From contig OZ024753.1 in assembly GCA_964016885.1 (NCBI GenBank), positions 558,001-622,000 of the forward strand: DNA of 64,000 nucleotides, given 5' to 3'. A program made the position numbers and the translations under genes. Shown piece by piece: positions 1 to 19,233 of this stretch (positions are counted from its first letter, which is position 1; the number at the start of each line of letters is the position of its first letter). The DNA is from Eledone cirrhosa (taxonomy: Eukaryota). The notes beneath the pieces are model-generated. The model ran no database searches. It was given only the letters and a program-made list of their open reading frames with translations, and had not been told where the DNA came from.

Positions 1-2640
<2,640 letters not shown>

Positions 2641-3856
2641 AGGAGACAAGTGTACTTAGCAAGAAGGGAAGCTGAGGAAAGAAAGTTCAAGCATGTTCTA
2701 CAACGCGATGACCAAAAACGTGAGGTGTTCAGGATTGCTAGGCAATGCGTCAAGGAAAACCGTGATATTGTCGGGGAGAAGTGTGTACTAAACGACGATG
2801 GCACACTTGCCATCACCGACGCTGATAAGAAGGTAGCTTGGAAGTGTCACTATGAAAGGCTTCTAAATGAGGAGAATAATTGGGAGAAAGGCAGTCTCCC
2901 CCATATCGACCCAATAGAGGGACCAGCAGTGTTAGTCGAGGGGAGTATAATAAGTAAGGCAATCAAGGATATGAAGACTGGTAAGGCGGCTGGGCCTTCG
3001 GAAATAGTTGCTGAGATGCTGAAGGCATCTGGCACGGTGGGACACACCATGGTCACCCGCATAGTTAACCAAGTCGTACAGAATGGGGTTGTTCCGAAGG
3101 ACTGGCATAGCAGCATCATCGTTAACTGTTATAAGGGTAAAGGAGACGCCCTAGATAGGAGTAACTATAGAGGCATTAAATTAATCGACCAGGTCATGAA
3201 GGTCACGGAAAGAGTAATAGCGCAACTAATCAGAGAGAGAATTGACCTAGATGAAATGCAGTTCGGGTTTGTGTCAGGCAAAAGTACCACAGACGCTCTT
3301 TTCATAGTACGACAACTACAGGAGAAGTACCTAGCTAAAGGTAAACCCCTCTACTTAGCTTTTGTCGACTTGGAGAAAGCCTTCGACAGAGTCCCCCGCT
3401 CCATTATCTGGTGGGCTCTTAGAAAACTAGGCGTTGACGAATGGCTTGTGAGGGCTATACAAGCCATGTATAAAGAAACAGTCAGCAAGGTTAGAATTAA
3501 CAACGAATATAGTGAAGAGTTTAGCGTAAAAGTTGGCGTCCATCAGGGCTCTGTTCTCAGTCCACTACTATTTATTATTGCCCTTCAGGCTATAACAGAG
3601 GAGTTCAAGACAGGCTGCCCATGGGAACTCCTATACGCAGACGACCTGACACTCATAGCGGAATCAATGGCCGAGCTAGAGAAGAAATTCCAAACATGGA
3701 AGCACGGCCTAGAGTCAAAAGGACTTAAAATTAACCTGGCTAAGACCAAAGTACTAGTTTGTAGGAAAGAAAACAAGGCGGCGGTCCCTTCTGGGAAATG
3801 GTCGTGCTCGGTGTGTAGGAAAGGCGTAGGTAGAAACTCCATTTTATGTCCTAAAT
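2641..3856 (+). mobile_element. RTE-clade non-LTR retrotransposon, 5'-truncated, uninterrupted RT frame, cut off by the assembly gap
   Basis: Open frame with RT motifs [56 protein letters not shown]; starts directly after (TA)n. Confidence 0.93.
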
Positions 3857-4056
3857 NNNNNNNNNNNNNNNNNNNNNNNNNNNNNNNNNNNNNNNNNNNN
3901 NNNNNNNNNNNNNNNNNNNNNNNNNNNNNNNNNNNNNNNNNNNNNNNNNNNNNNNNNNNNNNNNNNNNNNNNNNNNNNNNNNNNNNNNNNNNNNNNNNNN
4001 NNNNNNNNNNNNNNNNNNNNNNNNNNNNNNNNNNNNNNNNNNNNNNNNNNNNNNNN
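3857..4056. other. Assembly gap (200 N)
   Basis: Run of N. Confidence 0.99.
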
Positions 4057-7843
<3,787 letters not shown>

Positions 7844-8398
7844 GGTGGCTGCCAACTCGTTTCGAGTACGGCCACTACTTTATATCCATGTAGGAGAACC
7901 CCTACCGATGCGCTGAACGAGTGTGACTTTTGACTCCAGCCAGCGACTTGATAACTCTGGTACAAACACTACACTTGTGACAATTATTGACACATAGTGC
8001 TGGGCCCATGGTACCATGTGACAAGTGCAGAGATCTCCAGATATAAAGCAATGCCTGTGCCATGAAGCTTTTATAGTGAGCAAAGGCATTGCACAGAGCC
8101 AGTCCCACTCTCTTAACCAAGATGATATTTACCAAAAAGTAGAACAAGTCAACATCATTGGATACCATCAGGGTTGCAGGTGTTATATCAGAGTTTTCCT
8201 TCTCCTAGAATTCTGCCTTGACAAAGGCTAAGGGGTCATCTCTCCCGGTGATTTTGGATGGCATTGACTCTTAAGAGCTCCTTTGACAGGTTTTGTTTTT
8301 AGTCCTGCAGGATGTCCAAAGTCACCCTCTCACCAAGAAACCTTGGTGGGGTTGCCAGTTTAGTCGCCAACGACCCGACCATGAAACAGGTTGTACTG
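7844..8398. mobile_element. Unclassified ~555-bp interspersed element inserted in (TA)n, with several hairpins
   Basis: Sharp TA boundaries on both sides, higher GC, no credible ORF; hairpins at 7845-7874, 8048-8092 and 8331-8348. Confidence 0.5.
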
Positions 8399-8405
8399 TA
8401 TATAC

Positions 8406-8491
<86 letters not shown>

Positions 8492-8517
8492 ATATATATA
8501 TATACATATACATATAT

Positions 8518-10440
8518 CATCATCATCATCATCATCAACGTTTAACGTCCGTGTTCCACGCTTGCATGGGTTTGGACGGGGTAGTCCCACTTGAGGCAAG
8601 AGTGATTGTCTTGCTCGCATAGGACTGTCTGGCAGGTTTTCTACAGTTGGATGCCCTTCCTAACACCAACCACATTTACAGTGTGGGTCTGGGAGGTTTT
8701 ACCGTGTTGCCTACACGGCCACATTACAGCGTGGACTGTGTGTTTTTTTGTCGTGACACCTACACGATCTCGTTTGTTTCGGCCCGGATGGCGCGGCACC
8801 AACATAACTTTACATGGAACGGGGTGGTGTGGATGGGGTGGGGGTGGTGGCGGGACGGGGTGTAGTTTGTTAGAGATGCCTACTGGCAAGGCGGGTCATC
8901 TCTGTTACTGAGTACCGCCAAAGGTCACGGTCCAGTGACATTGTCTTGGAGAGGTGTAAGTGTATGAGGTCGGAGTTTATCAGCTCATCCCATGTTTTTC
9001 TAGGTCTGCCTATTCCGTGGCTACCGTCTATCTTTATTGCCCTGCACTTTGTAATACAGCTATCGACTTTCATGCGCATCACGTGTCCATACCAACGCAG
9101 CCTTCTCTCGAGTAAACAACATCTGATCCCTCTTATCTCTAATTTTTTCCTTAGTTCGTTTATGCTTTGCCGTTCACGTATATTACTGTTACACATCCAG
9201 CGGAGCATGCAAGCTTCGTTCCTCTCTAGTCTGCGTATATCCTCTGCACACAATGCCCAGGTCTCACTGCCATGCAGCATTGCTGTTCGTATGCAGGCAT
9301 CGTACAACCTGCCTTTCATTTTTAGGGAGAACCCTTTAGCAGCTAATAGTGGTATAAGCTCTCTGAACTTTTTCCAACCAGTTCTGACTCTAGCTACAGT
9401 ACTTTCAGAGCACCCTCCCCCACTGCTGATTTTATCGCCCAGGTAACGGAAGCTGTCCACTATTTCTATAGAACCCTCTGCGCAATTGAAAGAGCTAGTA
9501 TTTTGTGGGCACTTGCTGCTACTTATTGCACCAGAACATCGGCCACATGTAAAGTCTATGTTCTTAGTTAGCTTACCTGTGATCCCACTACATCTTTTAT
9601 GCACCCATACTTTGCATTTAGGACATAAGATGGAGTTTCTACCTACGCCTTTCCTACATACCGAGCACGACCATTTCCCAGAAGGGACCGCCGCCTTGTT
9701 TTCTTTCCTACAAACTAGAACTTTGGTCTTAGCCAGGTTAATTTTAAGTCCTTTTGACTCTAGGCCGTGCTTCCATGTTTGGAATTTCTTCTCTAGCTCG
9801 GCCATTGATTCCGCTATGAGTGTCAGGTCGTCTGCGTATAGGAGTTCCCATGGGCAGCCTGTCTTGAACTCCTCTGTTATAGCCTGAAGGGCAATAATAA
9901 ATAGTAGGGGGCTGAGAACAGAGCCCTGATGGACGCCAACTTTTACGCTAAACTCTTCACTATATTCGTTGTTAATTCTAACCTTGCTGACTGTTTCTTT
10001 ATACATGGCTTGTATAGCCCTCACAAGCCATTCGTCAACGCCTAGTTTTCTAAGAGCCCACCAGATAATGGAGCGGGGGACTCTGTCGAAGGCTTTCTCC
10101 AGGTCGACAAAAGCTAAGTAGAGGGGTTTACCTTTAGCTAGGTACTTCTCCTGTAGTTGTCGTACTATGAAAAGAGCGTCTGTGGTGCTTTTGCCTGACA
10201 CAAACCCGAACTGCATTTCATCTAGATCAATTCTCTCTCTGATTAGTTGCGCTATTACTTTTTCCGTGACCTTCATGACCTGGTCGATTAATTTAATGCC
10301 TCTATAGTTACTCCTATCTAGGGCGTCTCCTTTACCCTTATAACAGTTAACGATGATGCTGCTATGCCAGTCCTTCGGAACAACCCCATTCTGTACGACT
10401 TGGTTAACTATGCGGGTGACCATGGTGTGTCCCACCGTGC
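8518..10440 (-). mobile_element. RTE-clade LINE, 5'-truncated, with complete 3' end: RT, PHD-like finger, 3' UTR and (GAT)n tail
   Basis: (CAT)n at 8518-8537 on + strand is the tail; 3' UTR 8538-8869; intact ORF to stop at 8870; near-identical to 3032-3856. Confidence 0.95.
8870..10440 (-). CDS. Partial RTE ORF (~520 aa): reverse transcriptase, Cys4-His-Cys3 finger and RTE C-terminus
   Basis: LYADDL; FRYLG; AMLHGSETW; [11 protein letters not shown]; GRPRKTW; no stops or frameshifts; the ORF-track N-terminus is microsatellite read-through. Confidence 0.88.
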
Positions 10441-10766
10441 ATATATACATATATACATATATATACATATATACATATATATACATATATATATATATAT
10501 ACATATATATACATATATATATATATATACATATATATACATATATATACATATATACATATATATACATATATATACATATATACATATATATACATAT
10601 ATATACATATATATATATATATACATATATATACATATATACATATATATACATATATATATATATACATATACATACATATATATATATATACATATAC
10701 ATATATATATATATACATATATACATATATATACATATATATATATATACATATATATACATATAC

Positions 10767-10797
<31 letters not shown>

Positions 10798-11020
10798 CAT
10801 ATATACATATATATACATATATATATATATACATATATATACATATATACATATATATACATATATACATATATATACATATACATATATATATATATAT
10901 ACATATATACATATATATACATATATATATATATATACATATATATACATATATATATATATACATATATATACATATATATATATATATACATATATAT
11001 ACATATATACATATATATAC

Positions 11021-11105
<85 letters not shown>

Positions 11106-11246
11106 CATATATACATATATATATATACATATATACATATATATATATACATATATACATATATATATATACATATATACATATATATATATATATACAT
11201 ATATACATATATATATATATATACATATATACATATATATATATAT

Positions 11247-11277
<31 letters not shown>

Positions 11278-11492
11278 TACATATATACATACATATATAC
11301 ATATATATATACATATATACATATATATATACATATATACATATATATATACATATATACATATATACATATATATATATACATATATATATATATACAT
11401 ATATATATATACATATATATATATACATATATATATATACATATATATATACATATATATATACATATATATATACATATACATATATATAC

Positions 11493-11525
<33 letters not shown>

Positions 11526-11676
11526 CATATATATATACATATATATATATACATATATATATACATATATATATACATATATATATATATACATATATAT
11601 GTATATAAATATATATATATACATACATATACACACACATATATATATATATATATACATATATATGTACACATAT
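10441..11676. repeat. Interrupted (TA)n/(TATACA)n array
   Basis: Direct reading. Confidence 0.98.
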
Positions 11677-11764
11677 AGTTGTTATCAAATGTTTTATATT
11701 CATTTTATTGTGAAGCACGTAGAGAAGTGAATAAAGTGTCTTAGAAATTAATTAGATGTAATTC

Positions 11765-12045
11765 GACTACACAGAATAACCTATGTAATTAACATTACAC
11801 AGGTTAACCTATTTAATTAGCATTACACAGATTAACCTATTTAATTAGCATTACACAGATTAACCTATTTAATTAGCATTACACAGATTAACCTATTTAA
11901 TTAACATTACACAGATTAACTTATTTAATTAACATTACACAGATTAACCTATTTAAGTAACATTACACAGATTAACCTATTTAATTAACATTACACAGAT
12001 TAACTTATTTAATTAACATTACACAGATTAACCTATTTAATTAAT
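11765..12045. repeat. 28-bp minisatellite (CATTACACAGATTAACCTATTTAATTAR), about 10 copies
   Basis: Tandem units visible directly. Confidence 0.93.
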
Positions 12046-12089
12046 CCTAATGAAGTCATGAACTGTAAGGACAGTCATCAGATGTGGTT

Positions 12090-12540
12090 GATCATTATCA
12101 TATTACATTGTCTTGACATGCTTGTATGGTTTGGATGGTGTGTCATTGTTTCAGCCTAGACTGATTGGAAACAATTCATCATGCTAATATATTCCATATT
12201 TGCCATGGTTTTTACATGTGGATGTTCTTCCTTATCCCAACCCCTTATACGGTGCATTTTATCGTGACACCAAGACCTTCCTCTACACAGTGTACTAGGT
12301 GCATTGCATCATTGTACAAACACTACCACTTTACAGACTGTACTGAATGCATTTTATTTTAATGTGGCACCAGCAATACAATACAATTTCACAGCATGCA
12401 CTGGTTGTATCTTATTGTGGCACCAGCACTGGCATTTTACAGAGAGTAGTATATGCATTTCATCATGGCACCAACTCTACCTCTTTGCAGAGTGCATTGG
12501 GTGCAATTTTTTGTGGCACCATCAACAATTTAAACTGAAA
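12090..12540 (-). mobile_element. Degenerate RTE-tail SINE / RTE 3' UTR-like repeat with internal GTGGCACC modules
   Basis: CATGCTTGTATGGTTTGGA and GGATGTTCTTCCT resemble the RTE 3' UTR at 8540-8690. Confidence 0.55.
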
Positions 12541-12728
12541 CAGCATCAGTCTGATTGGTTTTAAAGGGCCTGCAAAAAGTCATGGTCACACCACCTTTCT
12601 CCAAATCTAGCATATGCCTTTCTCACAGGAGTTTACCTGCAAACATTTCAACTGAACATAAACAGCATCAATCTCATTGATCTTGGAGGCGCTGCAAAGG
12701 TCATGGGCACCCTCTCTCCTGCAAGAAG

Positions 12729-12975
12729 TTAACCCTTTTGCTGCCATATTTCTAATGAAATATAGTACCAGCAATTTTTAAATGATTTTTTAAATAATCA
12801 AAGATTTGGTAGAGGGATAGTAATATAAGAAACTTTCTTCGTATCATATTGGTGTTAGGTTTTTACAAAAAGTTGTGATGAACGGTTTACATTTAAACAT
12901 GAATACTTTAAAACAAACAGGTTTTCATTAGAGAACCTGGCATAGTTTCAGGCAGTTTGGTAGAAAAAGGGTTAA
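12729..12975. mobile_element. piggyBac-like MITE family A (TTAA-CCCTTTT...AAAAGGG-TTAA)
   Basis: TTAA at both ends and CCC/GGG termini; homologues near 17518, 23864, 27389, 35637, 43022, 46620, 47505, 52010. Confidence 0.75.
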
Positions 12976-13647
12976 ACTGAACATCAATAGCACCAATCAA
13001 ACCCCCTTTCTCCACAGCCCAGTAAATAAAAGGAAAACAAATAAAAGAAAAACAAACAAAAGAAACACAAAACAATCCATTGCTGTTGGCTGAAATATCT
13101 GAAGTTTTACTTCATGTCTGGCTCAAACAATTGAAATAGCCTTTTATTGAGGGTCTGATCTTTGCTGAGCAAGAATTCCAAAAAACCAAGTTCAAATTTC
13201 TTTTTTTCATTAGTCTGTTGTTTTTTTTATTGTTCTTTTTGTTATTTTCTCTTTTTCTAAGTCATCTTGTGTCATTTGTTTATTTATTAAAAAAGAAGTT
13301 TATTTTAAACCTCATCTCCAGCAGCAAAAACAATCCATGACAATCCAACATTATAATGGTTATAAGCAGAGAGAGAGAGAGAGGTAGAGAGAGAGACCAC
13401 GTGAGGGAGGTACAGAGGGAGAGGGAGGGAGAGGGAGAGGTAGATAGAGGGAGGGTGGGACAAGTAGAAAGAGAGAGAGAGGGTCGTAGAAAAAGAAAGA
13501 GAGTGTCGGGTGTGAGAGAGAGTGAGAAACAGAGGTAGAAAGAGAAAGAGGAGAGGGAAACATTGACAGAAATAAAGCAACTAAATACATGACACTGTGA
13601 AGGCAATGATGCTGTTCTTGTTTCTCACAATCCACCACCTAATAATA

Positions 13648-13862
13648 ATAATAATTACTATTATTTCTGATTTAGGCACAAGGCCAGCAAGGTGAAAGTT
13701 GATTAAATCGACCCCAGTGCATTACTGGTGCTTTATTTTATCGACCTCGTAAGGAGAAAGGCAAAGCTAACCTTGGCAGGATTTGAACTCAGAATGTAAA
13801 GGGACATAACTCTATGCTGCAAAGCATGGTTGTCCAACACTCTACCGATACTGCCAATCCAC
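13648..13862 (-). mobile_element. tRNA-derived SINE with Meta-like central domain and (TTA)n tail
   Basis: + strand GGATTTGAACTC = B-box on minus strand; central TTTTATCGACCTCGTAAGG-GAAAGGCAAAG; about 17 copies in the window. Confidence 0.8.
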
Positions 13863-14094
13863 TGGATTTAAATTTGGTAGTGTCAAACTTGGGCTGGTTT
13901 TAGGCAGATTGATATGAAAAGGGTTAAAGGAATTCCCTTCTCAACACAACAGGATGTACAGACAGATAAACAGCCACATGATGATAAATCAACAAATGAA
14001 GCAAAAAACAAAAACCCACATAAAATAGTAACACAGACAAAGTGGAAAGGAAAGGAGCCAATCATCAGACAGAAGAAACAATGTTTCCATTAGG

Positions 14095-14262
14095 CCTTTC
14101 ATTGTTGATGCTATATCTGCTGGTTGCAACTCATGATAGAAGGAGCAACATAAAATAAAGTATTTTGCTTAAGAACACAAGGCACTACCCAGTGCTGGAA
14201 TTCAAACCATGACCTTATGACCATGAGCCTAGCATCCTAACCATGAGGCTATGTGCTTTCAC
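14095..14262 (-). mobile_element. Second tRNA-SINE family (GGAGCAAC-TGAAATAAAG-TTGCTCAAGAACAC core)
   Basis: Homologous to 28530-28698, 46145-46452, 49080-49348 and 49676-49960; B-box-like GGTTTGAATTCC on minus strand. Confidence 0.7.
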
Positions 14263-14595
14263 AAATGGAAGCAAATTATAAAGCAATTTACAGATCAAAG
14301 TATAATGAAATAACAAATTTTTAGAAAAATAAGATAAAAAGCAATATACAAAGACAAAAATAATAACAACAACAACAATAATAATAATAACAATAATAAT
14401 AATAAAAGATGACTTAAGCTGAGGCAAAGAGGCAAGGATCAGGAAGATTGAATCTGCAAAATTATTGAAAAAAAAAGAGAAAATTAAAGACATTGATTTT
14501 ACAATGCAAATTATAAGTATTAAATGATGTCAACATCCTCACCAATAACACTCCTATCTTGTCCATTTTCATCAAAATACTAATAACAGTTATCA

Positions 14596-14707
14596 GGAGA
14601 TGACGAAGGAACGTGACAAGTGGAGAGATGCTGTGCTGAATAGGACCCGTCCAACCCTTGCAAGCAGGGAAAAGCGGACGTAAAATGGTAATGATGATGA
14701 TGATGAT
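14596..14707 (+). mobile_element. RTE 3'-end fragment with (GAT)n tail
   Basis: Near-identical to 53137-53250. Confidence 0.75.
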
Positions 14708-14789
14708 CAACAACATCCATCTACCTTATGTCAATTTTCATCAAAGTGTTAATTTACTGCATCAAAGAGACATTTTAACCATTCCAAAA

Positions 14790-14977
14790 CAAACAGGAAC
14801 TGTTAACTTCTTTATTTCTTGGTGTCAAAAATTTCATCACACTATCTATGACCTGGTCATTGACACAGTCTTACTGCAATTGAAACTGTGCCAGTGATCA
14901 GGTCACAGATAGTGTGATGAAAATTTTAACATTTAGAAATAAATGATAAATGTAAAGTAAAGTTACCAGTTTTTTGG
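14790..14977. repeat. Imperfect inverted repeat (core arms ~42 bp, 14827-14927)
   Basis: TTTCATCACACTATCTATGACCTGGTCATTGACACAGT pairs with ACTGTGCCAGTGATCAGGTCACAGATAGTGTGATGAAA. Confidence 0.8.
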
Positions 14978-15193
14978 TTAACCCTTTAGCATTTACATTA
15001 CTCTATATTTACTATTATATTTTCCTGGTAAAGGCTTTATCTCATATAATTATCTCACATAATATCGAATCTATGAGATTTTGATAGTTATTTTGAGAAC
15101 AATACCTTAACATCAGTATGAGCAGCCAGTTACAACAGAAAGATGTGAGAGAATTCTGGCTGGATATGGCCAGTTTAAATGCTAAAGGGTTAA
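14978..15193. mobile_element. piggyBac-like MITE family B (TIR CCCTTTAGCATTTA)
   Basis: TTAA flanks; reverse-complement copy at 35340-35565. Confidence 0.8.
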
Positions 15194-15589
15194 AATGTTT
15201 CTTACACATTATAACTGCTTTAGTTTCAAAACAAAGTCTCAGATCAAGTACAACTCTAAAGTAATAATTGTTTCTAAGATAGGAATAATGCCAGAATATG
15301 AGGGAGGTGGGATGAAACAGTTGATAATTCTGACCTCAGTATTTAGGTGGTACTTTATTTTATTGAGCAAGTTTATATAGATTAAGTTGCACTCAGAGCA
15401 TAAAGGACCATAACTAAATACCACAAAACATTCCATCCTACACTCAACCAATTTTGCCAATCTGCTGACAATATCATCATTTTATGTCCTTTTCTTTATA
15501 TTGGCAGAAAAGTGGACAAGTCAGTGGCAGTCTTCCACATATTTTAAGTACACAGTGTTTTGTGAGGTTGAGGTTAAAGTTTTGGAAGG

Positions 15590-15960
15590 GAATCCTGTCA
15601 TAGAAACCATACCAAAATGGCTGTCAGGATTCTTCAGTTATGTTATGGACACACTAACTTCTAGTGCTGGTGCTACAAATGCTTTCAGTACACTCTGTAA
15701 AGTGGTTTATGTTAGGAAAGACATATCCATAAACAACTTGCTAAACAAGGGGCTGAGAGTACCCTTCAGTTGTGTCAATGGCATGCCAACCTCCCTTGTG
15801 CAATAAAACGCACCCAGTATGCTCAGGAAAGTGATTGATGATCGGAATAACATTCAGCTGTAGAATACTTGCCAAACATAGGTTTGAGAAGACCTTTTTT
15901 GTTGTATCATATGTATGACAATCTCTCTAGTACTGGAGCCATGTTAAAATGCTCTGAGAT
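15590..15960 (+). mobile_element. RTE-tail SINE-like repeat with reiterated ~130-bp modules
   Basis: CAGTACACTCTGTAAAGTGG...GGAA...CATCCAGC..TAGAAA modules; also at 20925-21270 and 26660-26940. Confidence 0.55.
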
Positions 15961-16657
15961 GTGGCTCTCAGCTCATCTGTGAGGACACTGATTCCAACTC
16001 AGTGCTGGCCTGGTCTGTTTGTGGCTCTCAGCACATCTGTGAGGACACTGATTCCAACTCAGTGCTGGCCTGGTCTGTTTGTGGCTCTCAGCACATCTGT
16101 GGGGACACTGATTCCAACTCAGTGCTGGCCTGGTCTGTGTGTGGCTCTCAGCACATCTGTGGGGACACTGATTCCAGCTCAGTGCTGGCCTGGTCTGTGT
16201 GTGGCTCTCAGCACATCTGTGGGGACACTGATTCCAACTCAGTGCTGGCCTGGTCTGTGTGTGGCTCTCAGCACATCTGTGAGGACACTGATTCCAACTC
16301 AGCACATCTGTGGGGACACTGATTCCAGCTCAGTGCTAGCCTGGTCTGTGTCAACTCAAGCAGCCTATGCCAGCACATCTGTGAGGACACTGATTCCAGC
16401 TCAGTGCTAGCCTGGTCTGTGTCAACTCAAGCAGCCTATGCCAACTCATCTGTGAGGACAATGATTCCAACTCAGTGCTGGCCTGGTCTGTGTCAACTCA
16501 AGCAGCCTATGCCAGCTCATCTGTGAGGACAATGATTCCAACTCAGTGCTGGCCTGGTCTGTGTCAACTCAAGCAGCCTATGCCAGCTCATCTGTGAGGA
16601 CAATGATTCCAACTCAGTGCTGGCCTGGTCTGTGTCAACTCAAGCAGCCTATGCCAA
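15961..16657. repeat. Compound minisatellite: 60-bp units switching to related 63-bp units
   Basis: Shared core CATCTGTGRGGACACTGATTCCARCTCAGTGCTGGCCTGGTCTGTGT. Confidence 0.93.
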
Positions 16658-17517
16658 CATGTATGTTTGGACTCATAACTTCCACTGGAGTTGTAGTGGC
16701 ATATAGAATTTCTTAGGCATTTAAAACCTGGTGAAACCCATCCTTCTCCAGGTTTGAATACAGCTGATTTCTTCAAGAGAAAGAGAGTAAAGAGAAAGAT
16801 ATATAAAGAAACGACCCCAGTACTTGTCTGGTACTTTTTTTATTGACCTCAAAAGGGCTAATATGGAAAAGCAGATGTTAAATGATGATAGATGTCATTC
16901 CTAGTATCGCTGATAGATCTGATATATACAGATCATAATGGTGATCATATATTGATACTGTATTTGGAAAATAATCTGAATTAATATTGAGGAAGAATTA
17001 AGGAATCATAATGATAGCAATAAACGATATGAATAGTCAACTTCCTCATATTTTACATCCATCTTTCTGTGATTGCATAAATTGGATGGCTCTTTTGTGC
17101 AGCACCTCACCACTTTTTGCAGTCCTTTGTCACCACATATGTGAGGTTCTGTATCGATAGATAAGCCTTCACCTCTTCTTTCTCAATTATGGCACACACA
17201 CACCAAAATAAATTTAACTTCATTTACCAAACAGCAGTAATTCAAATATAAAAATATTGTTTAAAGTATTTAAATTCATTTGTAACATCAAAATTTGTTG
17301 TCTTTTGTATCTTTAATAAATTAACCCTCTTAAATAATTGAGTGAAAAATCAAGTTAGATAAAATTGGATTAAATAAAGAGAAACAATAACAACAAAATT
17401 ACCTCGCTTCCCAACCAATTTAGAGGTTTGATATTTTAGTAATTATTTTGTTTAGAAACAAAATACAACACATTAACATCATTGAAAATGTTATAGCCAT
17501 TCAGGAAAAAAAAAATG

Positions 17518-18324
17518 TTAACCCTTTTGTTACCATATTTCTAATGAATGACACTGCCTATGATTTTCAGATAATTTAAAAAATAATCAAAAATTTGGAG
17601 GAATTTAGTTAAATAATATTCTCATTATTAAGCTGATGTTTGGAATATAAGATAAGGTTCTTATGATTAACCTCTTGACTGCTGTGTATATTTTACACAG
17701 CTACAGTTGCTGTGCTGTTTTTTTGTTTTTTTTTCAGTAAAATGACTATTTTTTAAAACAAACATTTATTAACAACACATATCTGAATGATTGACAAACA
17801 TCACATATATAATCTAGTAACGCCATCTAGCTCTGAAGTTATGAACTGTTGGAAACGAGTTTATAACTTTGAAGTTATAATTGTTGGAAAAGAGTTCAAA
17901 CATGTTAGGAGGAGTTATCTCATCCATGGCACTGGAATGCATACATGTTAGGAGGAGTTATCTCATCCATGGCACTGGAATGCATAATGTTAGGACGAGT
18001 TATCTCGTCCATAGCACTGGAATGCATACATGTTAGGACGAGTTATCTCGTCCATGGCACTGGAATGCATACATGTTAGGACGAGTTATCTCGTCCATGG
18101 CACTGGAATGCATACATGTTAGGACGAGTTATCTCATCCATGGCACTGGAATGCATACATGTTAGGACGAGTTATCTCATCCATGGCACTGGAATGCATA
18201 CATGTTAGGACGAGTTATCTCGTCTACAGCAGTGAAGAGGTTAAAGGTTTTTAGATAAATATAAAACAATTTTGTAACATAGAACCAGGGGCAGTTTCAA
18301 ATAGGTTGGTACCAAAAGGTTTAA
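17518..18324. mobile_element. MITE family A copy interrupted by a nested piggyBac-like element
   Basis: Outer TTAA-CCCTTTT...AAAAGGT-TTAA; interior resumes after 18244. Confidence 0.72.
17667..18244. mobile_element. Non-autonomous piggyBac-like element with internal 43-bp tandem array (17901-18223)
   Basis: TTAA target duplication; TIR CCTCTTGACTGCTGT / ACAGCAGTGAAGAGG; repeat unit contains the palindrome GACGAG-TTAT-CTCGTC. Confidence 0.85.
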
Positions 18325-18469
18325 TAAATAACAAGATAGGAAACAGTTGAAACAATGGATAACAGCTGGCATCCCATCTCACTTATATAATGCTGTTATT
18401 GGCAGAAACGAGAAAGAAATATTGCAATGATGATGATGGTCATTATGATGATGATGTCAAAAGAAAGAA

Positions 18470-18792
18470 TAATAATTCTTTTTAACACTGGTACAAGGTC
18501 AACAATTTTGGAGGAAGGGAAAGAACTTGACTGGTTCTTTATTTTATCAACCCCAGAAGTGTGAAAGACAAAGTTGACCTCAACAGGAGTTGAATTCAGA
18601 TTGTTAAGTGCCGAAATAAATTCTGCCAAGCATTTTGTTTAATGCTCTAATGAACCCACCATAGGCACAAGGCCAGCAATTTCAGGGGAGAGGAAAGTCA
18701 ATTAAATCGAGATGATTTCTTGACTGGCAATTTATTTTATCAACCCCAGAAGGATGAATGACAAAGTTGAACTCGGTAGGATTTGAACTCAA
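18470..18792 (-). mobile_element. Two adjacent Meta-type tRNA-SINE copies
   Basis: Homology to 13648-13862. Confidence 0.72.
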
Positions 18793-19233
18793 AATAAAAC
18801 AACAATAACAACAACAACAACAACAATAATATTAATAACAACAATATTAATAATATTAATAATAATAATAATGAACAAATATTAGTTAATATTTTTTTTA
18901 TTTATCTTTCTCATAAATAACAAAAAAATTATTTTCCATCATTTGTTTGTTTTGTTTTTTTGGCTAATTTTCTTATATTTCTTTTTTGTCTTGTTACGAA
19001 AATCTAATATTAATTTAAAAAAATGTCTTTTTTTTTGTAAATGAACTCATGCAGAAAATATAGGTAATTAATTCAATTATCCTTGCTATTTTATTATCAA
19101 TTTGTTTTCCCATATTCTTACTTTTTTAATTTTTCCTTTTTATCATTTGTTATATTATTGTTCCTTTATTTATTGTTTATTTTTCAAAGGCTTCACAAAA
19201 TGTTTCTAGATTGAATTCATGTCAACATACAAG

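Noticed and set aside
15961-18223. CRISPR-like appearance of the 60/63-bp and 43-bp arrays
   Set aside because: Head-to-tail units with no unique spacers, eukaryotic context, no cas genes
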